A DNA stretch of 63,996 nt, filler included, from Octopus bimaculoides (taxonomy: Eukaryota): assembly GCF_001194135.2 (NCBI RefSeq). It is 6 parts of 6 records of this genome, joined end to end, with 100 filler letters (N's around TTAATTAATTAA, not from the genome) between each part and the next. Parts side by side here need not be neighbours in the genome. Positions count along the whole stretch, not along the records: positions 40,188 to 62,442 come from NC_068982.1; positions 62,543 to 63,996 come from NC_068981.1; 4 more parts are not named here. One strand, given 5' to 3'. The stretch's first letter is position 1; each line of letters begins with the position of its first letter. Made by a program: the position numbers and the translations under genes. The notes under the pieces were generated by a model. That model was not told where the DNA came from. It did no database searches and saw only the letters and a program-made list of their open reading frames with translations. Positions 49,543 through 63,160 of the stretch are shown in pieces.

Positions 49543-52240
49543 TTAAGTGATATTCATCCACTACCATTTTTAAGGCTGATAGGCAAACTTTGTAAATGCA
49601 AACGTTTTATATCATGCTCTTTTTGTAAATTACGAAGTCTCTTCAAATTAATCAATCTATTTTCAAATTGGTTGGTTGTCTTTGATTCTACAACCTCACT
49701 TAGTAATTGATTTTAGTCTGTATTGATCCTGTTTCAGAAGATTTGCTGATTTATTCACTTGTTGAGGACTGACAGAATTCCAAGATATTGTCTTTTTTAT
49801 TCTATGTTTTATTTTATTTATTTATTATTTTTTTCATTGACATNNNNNNNNNNNNNNNNNNNNNNNNNNNNNNNNNNNNNNNNNNNNNNNNNNNNNNNNN
49901 NNNNNNNNNNNNNNNNNNNNNNNNNNNNNNNNNNNNNNNNNNNNNNNNNNNNNNNNNNNNNNNNNNNNNNNNNNNNNNNNNNNNNNNNNNNNNNNNNNNN
50001 NNNNNNNNNNNNNNNNNNNNNNNNNNNNNNNNNNNNNNNNNNNNNNNNNNNNNNNNNNNNNNNNNNNNNNNNNNNNNNNNNNNNNNNNNNNNNNNNNNNN
50101 NNNNNNNNNNNNNNNNNNNNNNNNNNNNNNNNNNNNNNNNNNNNNNNNNNNNNNNNNNNNNNNNNNNNNNNNNNNNNNNNNNNNNNNNNNNNNNNNNNNN
50201 NNNNNNNNNNNNNNNNNNNNNNNNNNNNNNNNNNNNNNNNNNNNNNNNNNNNNNNNNNNNNNNNNNNNNNNNNNNNNNNNNNNNNNNNNNNNNNNNNNNN
50301 NNNNNNNNNNNNNNNNNNNNNNNNNNNNNNNNNNNNNNNNNNNNNNNNNNNNNNNNNNNNNNNNNNNNNNNNNNNNNNNNNNNNNNNNNNNNNNNNNNNN
50401 NNNNNNNNNNNNNNNNNNNNNNNNNNNNNNNNNNNNNNNNNNNNNNNNNNNNNNNNNNNNNNNNNNNNNNNNNNNNNNNNNNNNNNNNNNNNNNNNNNNN
50501 NNNNNNNNNNNNNNNNNNNNNNNNNNNNNNNNNNNNNNNNNNNNNNNNNNNNNNNNNNNNNNNNNNNNNNNNNNNNNNNNNNNNNNNNNNNNNNNNNNNN
50601 NNNNNNNNNNNNNNNNNNNNNNNNNNNNNNNNNNNNNNNNNNNNNNNNNNNNNNNNNNNNNNNNNNNNNNTATATATATATATATATTTGGTTATATGTA
50701 TTTATTTTCTCTTAGTTAACAATTAACTCCGACAAAACAAATTGGTTAATAGATACCAGGGTAGCAAAGATCACAAATGACTGTGGTGTAACTCCTGTTT
50801 ACGAGGTAGAAACTCCCTGTTAGTTTGGGGTATTTGAATATTTATTAAATTTTTTATATATATATATATATATGTATGTATATATACATACTCTCTCTCA
50901 CACTCACACACACAGCAAAAGGTACATTTCAGCACATTACCCATTCAAAACACAAAAACTGTTATCTTCACTTAAACACTTATTATTTGATGTCAAAATT
51001 TTTGTTGCACCAATTGCAGCCTGGTCACTGACAAGATTCTACTGCATCTCATACACACACATACACACAGGCACTTTTCTTTCTCTGTCCACTTTCCCTG
51101 TCATATGGTATATGCACAAAAGAACAAATTCTTTTGACCAGCTGGGAAGAGCAACTTAATTTCCTCGAAATCACACTGTACTTAACTTTTAAAATGAAGG
51201 ACACTTTGGATAATGTAGTACTAGACACATTGTGTCAGGGGGGGAACCGGCAGGAAGTGACGGCTAGAACTCCTTTCATCAAAAAGAGGCTCAACCAGGG
51301 TTGGCATGGGGTTCAAAGACAACAAACAAAACACACACACACAAACGCGTATATATTTACGTACATACACAAATTCAACAAAATAAAAGATAGAAATATG
51401 TTCTACTTTAGAACAATGACTAATATTTCTTTAGTATTTACTACATTTAATTAACCGCATAAAACAAGATTGAAAGTGGTGGAGAATAAAATTCAGAGCA
51501 AAAATATCTTATTTTCCAAATAATTTTCAGTTTCTTCTTCCATCAATATCCAAACATCACCAAGCAGTCTAAAGTTTACTAAATCATTTACTATAAGGTA
51601 TCATGCACTTTCCTCTCACCAATTTTCCACACACACTCACTCTTTTTCTCTATCTATACTAAAGTCATTATTTCCAGTTGAGATAAACCTCTACCTGTAG
51701 GTCTTCATAAAGTTATTTACAACACTCTCTCTCTCCACCTACATACCATCACCTGCTCCAGTTTATTTCTTCACTAATAACCATCAGGTATTAAATATTA
51801 TGAGAGATAATAAATATTTTTGTGTGCAATTTTTTTGTTTTTGTTCTCTAAAAACAATTTTTTATCCTTGATTTTTATTACTCTTATCGTTATTTTTATT
51901 TATTTACATCAAAGAATAACCAAACAATTTGTTGTAGTTAAATACTTATTTACAAAAAGGTTTTGCTCTTGCTACCAGCTAACTACCTATCCTTCACTGT
52001 CACGTTGATAAAAATTAAGAGGGAGACAGACAGACAGACACAGTGGGGCGGAAGTGATATAGAAAGTTTTAATAATATAAAACTTTTCCATTGACTTTTG
52101 TCTTTTGGTTGCTTTATTTTCCCATCAATTTTGTCTTTGTTCTTTAATTTTATTACTGTAAGCATCTTCTTCCAAAATGTATTGTAAATTTTCAATTGCT
52201 TTCTCATGAATTTTACAATACATCTTCTCCATCCTATTTC

Positions 52241-52285
<45 letters not shown>

Positions 52286-52719
52286 TATAAAATTATGCTT
52301 ATCTTTTCGCTTTTATCACATGGCTGCTGCTTCATTATTGCAATAAAAAGCGATAACATTTCCCCTTTGGATAATTGCTATAACTGATTAATAAATAAAT
52401 GATAGTTTACTGCATAGGTTAGCAACAAAACCTAGGTCTATATCAACTACAACTCCGACACAGTAGCCGTTCACACACCAATGTAGTCTGGACATAGTTG
52501 ACAGAAGTATAGTATCTAAATGTCAAAAATATTGTACTACAATCAAGAAGATTTTCAGTTTTAAGTCATGAAGAAAATGTAATGTATTTTGAAATATTTT
52601 TAATAGAATCTTAATACTGATAATGCTTATCCATCATCTTTCTAATTATAAGAAATAGAAAACACCAGACTATGTGAATGTTTGTGTCTACATGTGTATA
52701 TCTAAGTATATATATACAT

Positions 52720-53110
52720 ATACAAACAATGTTTGTTCCAAAAGTAAGATGAAAGTGGGCCATAACTGTTTTTATTAATCATCATTGGTTGTTCAAACTG
52801 CACACATTGCAAAAGTAGCCCTTCTTCTATTGTAACCTTCTCCATTTCAGGCAAATAAGGGGTTCCAAGCAAAAGTAATATGCTGTGATTGAGTTCTTGA
52901 TGAAAGAGGAAGTGCAGGTATCCACAAATGGCTAGAGGTTGTTTACAGAGATAACAGTACTGACAAAAGCAATATGCACAAATAGATGAAGTTTTAAAAA
53001 GGGGGAAAAACAGCATTGAAAGTAAAGCATGCAAGAGACCCTAAACTGTGTGACCATTGACATTAATCTCCAGCAAGTGGATTTAGTCTGCACAAATCAA
53101 ATTCATCCAC
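52720..53110 (+). mobile_element. Decayed mariner (TIR-like start and HTH remnant)
   Basis: TGTTCCAAAAGTAAG TIR-like start; AVIEFLMKE..IHKWLEVVYRDNSTDKSNMHK*MKF*KGENSIESKACKRP aligns by eye with the mariner HTH. Confidence 0.65.
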
Positions 53111-53799
53111 TCATTGGTAATTTATATCAGTCGCAGTTGATGATATGGATCATACCGCTGCTCTAAAGACAGGCCTCTGATGAGTTTAGGCTCAACAGAT
53201 TCCTATGTGTTCAAGACATAACTGAAAAAGCTCAAGACAGTTTTTTAGAATAATCTTTAAATCACTGAGCAACATTTTACCATCCCCTATAAATATTGAA
53301 GTGATTTAATCATCTGTGTCCATAACCTGCCTTCAACTCATAATAGAAGAACCTTCTTATATCATGAATATCAAGTAATCTGCTATAGCTCATAGGCCCT
53401 TTTATAACACCAGGACCCTTTCATTATGTAAAGATATATTTGTGTCATGGTCCCTGAAATTCACATAATTTCAAAAATACAGAAACTGATTTTTTAGTGT
53501 GAAGTGTGCTCCAAAATTGCATGTTAAACTATTTAAACAAATGAACATCTGTTACATGTATAATCTACTCTCTTTTTGTTTGCATACACTAAACTATATT
53601 TACTCACTACACCCATGCACACTTTAGTTGTATATATAAAAACCACAACGCATCTCCTATGAACACACACATACATTTGTTTATATAGGATGTGTGTTGT
53701 GGTTTATGGGGATTAAAATTAAAGTGTTCAATACATACTTGTAACAAAATGTATAGAGTCTGTTACATATCAGCATGTGTTTGTTTTTCTGTATGTGTA

Positions 53800-53846
<47 letters not shown>

Positions 53847-54026
53847 ACATGTGCATGCAAACATGTGTATAGACAACTATATAATTAAATACATGCCTTG
53901 GTTTTATGTAGGTGTTCAAGTAAATACTAGCAAAGCAACTTACTTCACACCCAGTAAAGATCACTAGCATTCACTTCAACATGTTTCTGAAACTATGGAT
54001 TAGACCTAATATATAATTACCTACAG

Positions 54027-54080
<54 letters not shown>

Positions 54081-55119
54081 GAAAGAGGAAAATAAATAAA
54101 ATATAGAATTAGACAAAGATCAAAGTCAGATCTATTTAATAGTCAGATACTTTACTGTTAAAACTTCAAACTCAATTCTAAATTCCTGGTGTAATCACAC
54201 AGACATGAGATAAATAAGCCTCATAATAATATATTCAACTGCATATCTTAGAGAAAAGATATCCACTTTTAATTAATGTAATTTCAAACAAACATTCACA
54301 ATACACACACAAGAACGTACAATCCATTTCAAATTGCTCTTATCACAAGTTGAATGCACACACACACACACACCTACATACGTATACTATTTCAATTATT
54401 TCAGTCACTGGACTGTGGCCATACTAGGGCACCATACTGAAGGATTTTTAGTTTAACATATTGATCCCATTACTTATGTTTATGCTTCTTTTATTATTTT
54501 TTATATTTTTTACTTGTTTCAGTCGTTTGACTACGGCCATGCAGATTTGCATAATTTAAAGATGCTTATCACCTCAGTTTCAAAGATATGGCATCACAAA
54601 TATGGCTAATTATTCATTTAAGACAATTATGCAAGATTTTGACCAATTCACTGACCATTCAAATTGTCATATTTCCTAAAATATTCATCCAAATTTCATA
54701 AATGACATATCAAAATGTTTCTTTTTGGATGCTCTCCAAAAAAAAGTACAGTAGAAATTACATTTAAATATTTTCAAAAATTCATAGAGATACCTATTCT
54801 CAGTAGGATATGAATCAATGGCAACACAAGAGCTTGCACTTGCCTATCTTAGCCACTTCACCTTTCATCATTCTTGTCTCATGTAGCATATACATACAAG
54901 ACACACACTCATATGTAGAATACAGGAATGAATACTTAAGGATTCAAAACAACAAACTTGCAATTACCATCATTAACATAGGGAAGCTGTATAGATTTTC
55001 CAACAATCCCATTTGTCATTGTAGCAAGAAGCTTGAGAATTGGAGTGAGCCATGAGAAAAGAAAGGGAGTAAAAGCTAGTAAAAATAACACTGTTTCTAA
55101 AGGAATGTATACATACTCT

Positions 55120-55321
55120 ATTACTCTTTTGCTGGTTTCAGTCATTTGACTGTGGCCATGCTGGAGCACCACCTTTAGTCGAGCAAATCGACCCCAGGAC
55201 TTATTTTTTGGAAGCCTAGTACTTATTCTATCGGTCTCTTTTGCCGAACTGCTAAGTTACGAGGACGTAAACATACCAGCATCGGTTGTCAAGTGATGTT
55301 GGGGGGGACAAACACACAAAC

Positions 55322-55357
<36 letters not shown>

Positions 55358-55540
55358 NNNNNNNNNNTGTACATATATACGATGGGCTTCTTTCAGTTTC
55401 TGGCTACTAAATCCACTCACAAGGCTTTGGTCGACCTGAGGCTATAGTAGAAGACACTTGCCCAAGGTGCCATGCAGTGGGACTGAACCCAGAACCATGT
55501 AGTTGGTAAGCAAGCTACTTACCACACAGCCACTCCTACA
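55120..55540 (-). mobile_element. SINE family A, full length and well preserved
   Basis: Near-consensus tail, core and head (..CTTACCACACAGCCACTCCT). Confidence 0.9.
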
Positions 55541-55569
55541 TATACATTTTGTAAATTTTAATTTTTACT

Positions 55570-55950
55570 TATTTCCTTCATTAGGCTGTGGCCTCGAAGA
55601 ATCTTTAGTTGAATGGATTGACACCAGGTTTTTTTTTTGTCTTTAAAACCTGGTTGGTTTTATTCTATCAGACTCTTTCACTGAACTGCTAAGTTACAAG
55701 GATGAAAACACACCAAAACCAATTGTCAAGCAGTGACGGGGGGACAAACACAGACACAATGACAAATACATACACACATACACACACACAAACACATATA
55801 CAATGGGCTTCTTTCAGTGCAGATCTACCAAATCCACTCATAAAGCTTTGGTCGGCCCGAGCCTTTAGTAGAAGACACTTGCCCAAGGAGCCATGCAGTG
55901 GGACTGAACCCAGAACCATGGTGTTGAGAAGCAAATTTCTTACCACACAA
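55570..55950 (-). mobile_element. SINE family A, second tandem copy
   Basis: Same organisation as 55120-55540, more diverged. Confidence 0.8.
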
Positions 55951-56040
55951 CCATGTCTGCGCTTATATATCCTGTACATGAAATGTGTGCACATGTGTAT
56001 GAGTGTGTGTATGTATATATGTATATATGTATATATATTA

Positions 56041-56343
56041 TTGGAAATGGGCTGTGCGTGAGAAGACCCGGCAAGCCAAGTAAGATCGTTGCCAGTGCCC
56101 CTGGACTGGTTCTTGTGCGGGTGGCACATGAGATGCACCATTTTGAGCGTGGCCGTTGCCAGTACCGCCTGGCTGGCTCCTGTAGGATTTTCGAGCGAGA
56201 TCGTTGCCAGTGCCCCTGGACTGGCTTGTGCGGGTGGCACATAAAAGACACCATTTCGAGCGTGGCCGTTTTCGTGCGGGTGACACGTAAAAGCACCCAC
56301 TACACTCTCTGAGTGGTTGGCGTTAGGAAGGGCATCCAGCTGT
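56041..56343 (+). mobile_element. RTE LINE ORF end plus 3' UTR with internal subrepeats
   Basis: W..AVREKTRQAK* followed by units starting CGTTGCCAGT at 56087, 56154 and 56202; runs into a gap. Confidence 0.8.
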
Positions 56344-56981
56344 NNNNNNNNNNNNNNNNNNNNNNNNNNNNNNNNNNNNNNNNNNNNNNNNNNNNNNNNN
56401 NNNNNNNNNNNNNNNNNNNNNNNNNNNNNNNNNNNNNNNNNNNNNNNNNNNNNNNNNNNNNNNNNNNNNNNNNNNNNNNNNNNNNNNNNNNNNNNNNNNN
56501 NNNNNNNNNNNNNNNNNNNNNNNNNNNNNNNNNNNNNNNNNNNNNNNNNNNNNNNNNNNNNNNNNNNNNNNNNNNNNNNNNNNNNNNNNNNNNNNNNNNN
56601 NNNNNNNNNNNNNNNNNNNNNNNNNNNNNNNNNNNNNNNNNNNNNNNNNNNNNNNNNNNNNNNNNNNNNNNNNNNNNNNNNNNNNNNNNNNNNNNNNNNN
56701 NNNNNNNNNNNNNNNNNNNNNNNNNNNNNNNNNNNNNNNNNNNNNNNNNNNNNNNNNNNNNNNNNNNNNNNNNNNNNNNNNNNNNNNNNNNNNNNNNNNN
56801 NNNNNNNNNNNNNNNNNNNNNNNNNNNNNNNNNNNNNNNNNNNNNNNNNNNNNNNNNNNNNNNNNNNNNNNNNNNNNNNNNNNNNNNNNNNNNNNNNNNN
56901 NNNNNNNNNNNNNNNNNNNNNNNNNNNNNNNNNNNNNNNNNNNNNNNNNNNNNNNNNNNNNNNNNNNNNNNNNNNNNNNNN

Positions 56982-57061
<80 letters not shown>

Positions 57062-57614
57062 CACACATGCCACACACAGATATATGCACACACATACCTA
57101 CACAGTCATATACAAATACATACATACACATGCATTCCAAACACAGACATATACCTATGCAGATATAGATACATCTACACACAGACATGTACGTACACAA
57201 ATAAATAGGCAAATATTTGTTCACACACACACAACAAACACAGACACAAATACACACACTAACATACACACACATACATCCAAGACATACAAAAGGAAAG
57301 TCTTGACCTCTTCAGTGAAACAGTGTTCAATATGGCTATTTATATGAATGTTTAGCACTTTTGTTATGTTTTGTTTCTGCATCACGGCAGAAAGAAATGA
57401 GTCAGGTTGACAAAAAGTGTTACAAGAACACAAATGATCCTTTTCTCTTACTGGAAAAGTACCAATCAGTGCACCCATCAAAAGTGTCTCCATTCAACTT
57501 AACACCCAGACAGTTTATTTTGGGATGAAATAAATAAAATTAAAATCTGAAAAAAAAAGAAGACAACAACAACTACATTAACAAAAAACAATATCAGTTA
57601 TGAGCATGTATATA

Positions 57615-57656
<42 letters not shown>

Positions 57657-57853
57657 CACAAATATAGGTATATATATATACACACACACACACATACAGA
57701 CATATGCATATATGTATACATACAAATAAATATGACTATATATATGTATATGCATATCTATGCGTATATAAGCACATATATATACATATATATGCACATC
57801 TGTGCGTATATAAGTATGTATATACATATATATGCACATCTATGTGTATATAA

Positions 57854-57898
<45 letters not shown>

Positions 57899-57921
57899 TA
57901 TCTACACACACATACACGCAC

Positions 57922-57956
<35 letters not shown>

Positions 57957-58213
57957 NNNNNNNNNNNNNNNNNNNNNNNNNNNNNNNNNNNNNNNNNNNN
58001 NNNNNNNNNNNNNNNNNNNNNNNNNNNNNNNNNNNNNNNNNNNNNNNNNNNNNNNNNNNNNNNNNNNNNNNNNNNNNNNNNNNNNNNNNNNNNNNNNNNN
58101 NNNNNNNNNNNNNNNNNNNNNNNNNNNNNNNNNNNNNNNNNNNNNNNNNNNNNNNNNNNNNNNNNNNNNNNNNNNNNNNNNNNNNNNNNNNNNNNNNNNN
58201 NNNNNNNNNNNNN

Positions 58214-58252
<39 letters not shown>

Positions 58253-58935
58253 ACGTAAATCTATATAAATACAAATATATATACACACACATACATAGGT
58301 TGGTGTGTGCATGTGTGTGTGGCTGTGTGTATCTACACACACATTCAAACAAACAAGTAATTTTTTTTTTTTTTTTTTTAAATAATGTGACACACAAAAT
58401 AAACAAACACGAAGTAAGAGTGAAGGCATTGAAGATACAACACTCAACTGGATAAATTAGGTCTGTCGAAAAACATAAAAGAGTATTATTATGCATGAAG
58501 CATGTTGAAGAAGTAACAAAAGATAAAGTCAACTTCTTGGCTATAGAAGCACCAAAGAAAATACCAAAATTAAAAAAAAAAAGCTGTAGTTATCTTTTTT
58601 TTTTTTTTTTTTTTTTTTTTTGTCTTTCACTTAGAACATATAACAGTAGCAAAGATTATTCAAGGAAAAGATTAAAAGTAGGCATAAGGAAATAGATACA
58701 GGTCCCTTTTCATGGTAGAAATAATCTTATGTCAGTTGCTTACTTTATTTTTGGACAGAGACAGAGAGAAAGAGAGAGACGAAAAAAAATGTTTATTAAT
58801 ATAATCAATACATACAAATCCATTAACATGAATGCACAGGACCTTATAAATAGCAATAACTACACGCAGAAGACAAGACAATGTCTTTCTATATTAATTT
58901 ACAGGACAGCATGATCATTAATAAATATTTACACA

Positions 58936-58981
<46 letters not shown>

Positions 58982-58989
58982 GGTTAATT

Positions 58990-59393
58990 CATAAACTAAA
59001 TATGAGAGTGGCTGTGTGTGTGTGTTGTATAGTTGAGAAGTTTGCTTTGCACTCATGTGGTTTCAGGTTCAATCCCACTTCATAACAGCTTTTCACAATT
59101 GTTTCCAAATGTAGTCCCATGTTGACCAAAGCCATGCATGTAAATTCGTAAGGTAAACACTANNNNNNNNNNGATGTAAAGACACCAACATCAGTTGTCA
59201 AACGATGGTGGGGGGGGGACAAACACAGACACACAAACACATATATATATGTATACAATGGGCTTCTTTCAGTTTCCGTCTACCAAATCCACTCATAAGG
59301 CTCTGGTTATAGGAGAAGACACTTGCTCAAGAACCCAGAACCATGTGGTTGAGAAGCAAGCTTCTTACCACACAGCCACGTCTATATACATAC

Positions 59394-59452
<59 letters not shown>

Positions 59453-59453
59453 C

Positions 59454-59501
<48 letters not shown>

Positions 59502-59670
59502 ATGTACATATATATATTTACATGTGTGTGTCTGTATGTATCTCTATATATGTGTATGTGCGTTTAAAGGAAAAATCTTGGGATCAATTTGTTCCATTAA
59601 AATCCCTCAAGGTAGTAACACTAGCATGGCTGCAGTCAAATGACTGAAACAAGTAACAGCATAAAAAAAA
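58990..59670. mobile_element. Three SINE family A fragments in mixed orientation
   Basis: Plus head at about 59005, minus copy at 59175-59380, plus tail at 59570-59665. Confidence 0.65.
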
Positions 59671-59675
59671 AAAAA

Positions 59676-59846
59676 ACATACATACATACATACATACATA
59701 CATACATACATACATACGTACATACATACATACATACATACATACATACATACATACATACATACATACATACATACATACATACATACATACATACATA
59801 CATACATACATACATACATACATACATACATACATACATACGTACA
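59676..59846. repeat. (TACA)n tetranucleotide array
   Basis: Direct reading; source of the MYVC and IHTY ORFs. Confidence 0.95.
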
Positions 59847-59850
59847 CACA

Positions 59851-60315
59851 CTAGCTGAATGACCCGGCATTGCCGGGTTACTGCTGTTCTTATTCAGATT
59901 AGTAAACAATAAATATAAAGATATATTCTCGTAATTATTTCAAAATATCTATATTTTATTAAAAAATATCCAATTTGAACTAAAAATCTGTCAATGTTGA
60001 AGCACCACAGGGTAAACAATATTCATTGATTAATTTTTTGTTGGTGTCAAAATGAATAAACTGTTGCTGCTTCAAACTCACAACACAGAGTTGGCCATGG
60101 GAGAAGCATGTAGTAGAGAGATCAAGTCCAACTACCTTGAGGGACTGACCCTGAGATTTGTTAATTGAAATACCAAAACTTAGTTTGACTAGAAACTGAA
60201 GCATTTTAAATTCAAATGGAACATCTGTAGGTATGAGAGGAATTTTTGGAATAAAGACATTTTCTCCTTTGTGACTACCTGTTATAATTGTTGCCTCTAG
60301 GACAAGGAGAGCATC
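59851..60315 (-). mobile_element. Helitron 3' end with Pif1-like helicase C-terminus
   Basis: LEATIITGSHKGENVFIPKIPLIPTDVPFEFKMLQFLVKLSFGISINKSQGQSLKVVGLDLSTTCFSHGQL; terminal hairpin ACCCGGCA-A-TGCCGGGT, then CTAG followed by T. Confidence 0.9.
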
Positions 60316-60339
60316 TGGGAGATGAATATAATTTTTAGC

Positions 60340-60990
60340 CCTTTACTTCTATAAAGTTCAAAGTGGACTCAACCTTTCATATCCCACCAAACAGATAACA
60401 ACATTTTATGAGGGTGAAGACCTTCTTTAGTCTGAGGTGCTGGTGTTTCTCCTTTCCCCAACCACTGTCTTCAGTGCTTAACATTTCTATAGAGAACCCA
60501 TTTCTTCTCACCAGTCACTATTCAGTCCAAAAAAGATTCATTTGTGAGACATGACAGCAAAGAAGAGCACACATTCACTCTCTGTGCACGATTAGACTTG
60601 GAAAGTTTGTGAGGAACCCACTGACCCAATTTGTTGACTTTTCCGATAGCACACAGCTGTTGATGAATGGTTGAATGATCAAATCCAAGCAGGGATTTTG
60701 TTCCACCAGAGTTTGCAGGACATCCTCGTTCAGCTCTACAGATCATCCAGGATGAGGCTTGTTTTTTTAGGCTGTAATTTCTAGCTTGGAATTTCTGGAA
60801 CCACAGTTGACACTGGCTTACGATTATTGTCCAATCCCCATATATTGCATTAATATTCCTCGCACTTTGCGTTGTGTTGTTTCCTTTATTGAACTCATAA
60901 AGCAAAATATGCCGAATATGCTCCTTTGTCACTTCCATTGTATCTTTGAAAAAAATAACTGCTACAATCGAACTGCGCTCTTCAAAACTT
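60340..60990 (-). mobile_element. Mariner transposase fragment (SETMAR/Hsmar-like), truncated
   Basis: ORF 60938-60522 MEVTKEHIRHILLYEFNKG..GQWVPHKL continues as VTGEKKWVLY..GLHPHKMLLSVWWD (first catalytic region). Confidence 0.9.
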
Positions 60991-61119
60991 GCACTAAGAA
61001 TATGAGGTAAAATTACTACCTGCTTTTATAGCAAGCAGATGCAGGTAGTTTATCCCACCCCCCTCCAACTATTAGTTCATACAATTGAAAAAACTGCATT
61101 ATTTATGGGAAGACCCAGT

Positions 61120-61301
61120 ATATGGTTATGTGGCTAAGAAGTTTGCTTTGCAGCCATGTAGTTTGGGGTTCAGTTCCGCTGTGGGGCTACTTTGGCAAGT
61201 ATTTTCTAATATGGCTCCAGCCTGACTAATGTATTGTGAGTGAATCTGATAGATAGAAACTGTGTAGAAGCCCATCACATAGACATGCATGTGTATGCAT
61301 A

Positions 61302-61330
<29 letters not shown>
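61120..61330 (+). mobile_element. SINE family A 5' half (diverged)
   Basis: GGTTATGTGGCTAAGAAG..GGGTTCAGTTCC..TTTGGCAAGT..GATAGAAACTG..AGAAGCCC. Confidence 0.7.
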
Positions 61331-61332
<2 letters not shown>

Positions 61333-61355
61333 ATTTGTGTGTGGGGGTGTATGCA

Positions 61356-61570
61356 CGAGGGGGCACTTAAAAGTTCCTGGCTTTGGGTAAAAGAAAATAC
61401 AGGAGGATCAGTTAATTATGATTTCATTCAATATATTACCCTCTCAGATTCACACACTTGTTGCAGCAGTCCTTCAGTTTTTCTAAATCCTGTAAAAGAA
61501 CTTGAGCCTCCAAGTAGGTTTTTTGCAATATCCTTAAAGCCAGGAGCTTTTCAGTACCCACCATCCTGTG
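61356..61570. mobile_element. Mariner-type MITE
   Basis: TIR-like ends GCACTTAAAAGTTCCTGGCTTT and (revcomp) GTACTGAAAAGCTCCTGGCTTT; CGAGGGG start typical of mariner TIRs. Confidence 0.7.
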
Positions 61571-61583
61571 TATATATAGATAT

Positions 61584-61614
<31 letters not shown>

Positions 61615-61654
61615 TACATATATATATAGATATAGATATATTCATTTAATATCC

Positions 61655-61990
61655 ATCTTCCATGGGTGGAACAAACAGTTTGATAGGAGCTGGTAAGCCA
61701 GAGAACTGCACAAGCTCCTCTGTCTGCTTTGGCATGGTTTTTATGATTGATTGATGCCCTTCTTAACACCAGTCATTTTACAGAGTGGACTCGGTGCTTT
61801 AAACATGGCACCAGCATGAGTGAGATCACTAAGTAACTTACAAGACAAAGATCACTCAACTGAGGTGGGGGGTGGGGACATTGAGGATAGTGGCTTGTGC
61901 CAGGTGATGAGAGGTTCAAGTATGACAGAGGGACAAAAACAGGTGTCTTGCTGTAGAGGAAATATATGGTTACCCCAGCTGGAGAGAGAG
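61655..61990 (-). mobile_element. Diverged RTE 3' end
   Basis: CTTCCATG..GGTAAGCCAG..CTGCAC..GATGCCCTTCTTAACACC, as in 48270-48570. Confidence 0.6.
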
Positions 61991-62522
61991 AGAAAGAGAA
62001 AGAGAAATGATGATGTGTATTATGTATATTATCTTCTTCTACACTGGCATAAGATATGTTCCATACAGAAATCTAAATCTTTTCCCACCTGCCTTTCTCT
62101 CTCCTCAAATAACAATGTTCCAAAAAGTACAGGAAAACCTAAAAGAGCTATGGGTATGTACCCTTCTCTCTCTCATTTCTCCTTGCCTCTGATTAATGAT
62201 TAAGAAGAAGAAAACAATTATTACATGTATACAATATACACATATAGAAGAAAACCCCCATGTAGTAGGATTTTTTTTACAGGAAATGAGATCGGGCATG
62301 TCAAAGCAAAAAGCATGCAAGTACACCATTGTCTCTTACCTCCTCTTCCTTTTCTTCTCTATATCTTTTGTTCCCCCACCACCACCACACCACATCCTCT
62401 CTTCAAGAGGATCCAGTTATTTTGGCACAATGCCTGGCATTANNNNNNNNNNNNNNNNNNNNNNNNNNNNNNNNNNNNNNNNNNNNTTAATTAATTAANN
62501 NNNNNNNNNNNNNNNNNNNNNN

Positions 62523-62945
62523 NNNNNNNNNNNNNNNNNNNNGTCTCGGTCAGTAGTCATCGCCTCGGTGAGGCCCAATGTTCGAAGGTCTTGCCTCACC
62601 ACCTCAGCCCAGGTCTTCCTGGGCCTACCTCTTCCACGGGTTCCCTCAACTGTTAGGGTGTGGCACATTTTCACGCAGCTATTCTCATCCATTCTCAACA
62701 CATGTCCATACCAGCGCAATCGTCTCTTTTGCACACCACAACTGATGCTTCTTATGTTCAGCTTTTCTCTCAAGATACTTACACTCTGTTGGGTATGCAC
62801 ACTGACATTACACATCCAACAGAGCATACTGGCTTTATTCCTTGCGAGCTTACGCATGTCCTCAGCAGTCACAGCCCACGTTTCACTGCCATGTAGCATG
62901 GCTGTTCGTACACATGCGTCATACAGTCTGCCTTTTACTCTGAGT
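62523..62945 (-). mobile_element. RTE LINE RT C-terminal fragment, open reading frame
   Basis: LRVKGRLYDACVRTAMLHGSETWAVT..RRLRWYGHVLRMDE..GTRGRGRPRKTWAEVVRQDL; ends in a gap. Confidence 0.92.
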
Positions 62946-63019
62946 CAATGTAAAGCCACCGTCTGCTTCTGTTCATAGTCAGTGGCACCCTACAGAGCAG
63001 TCAACATTTTGTCAACATA

Positions 63020-63160
63020 GGCGCAGGAGTGGCTGTGTGATAAGTAGCCTGCTTACCAACCACATGGTCCTGGGTTCAGTTCCACTGCGTGGCACCTTGG
63101 GCAAGTGTCTTCTGCTGTAGCCTCAGGCCGACCAAAGCCTCGAGTGGATTTGGTAGATGA
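63020..63160 (+). mobile_element. SINE family A 5' half
   Basis: Near-consensus head and core, truncated by the following repeat. Confidence 0.85.

Noticed and set aside
57300-58920. Possible minus-strand 3' UTR of a second gene
   Set aside because: Only a compositional impression (poly-A/T runs); no exon or polyadenylation evidence could be pinned down.
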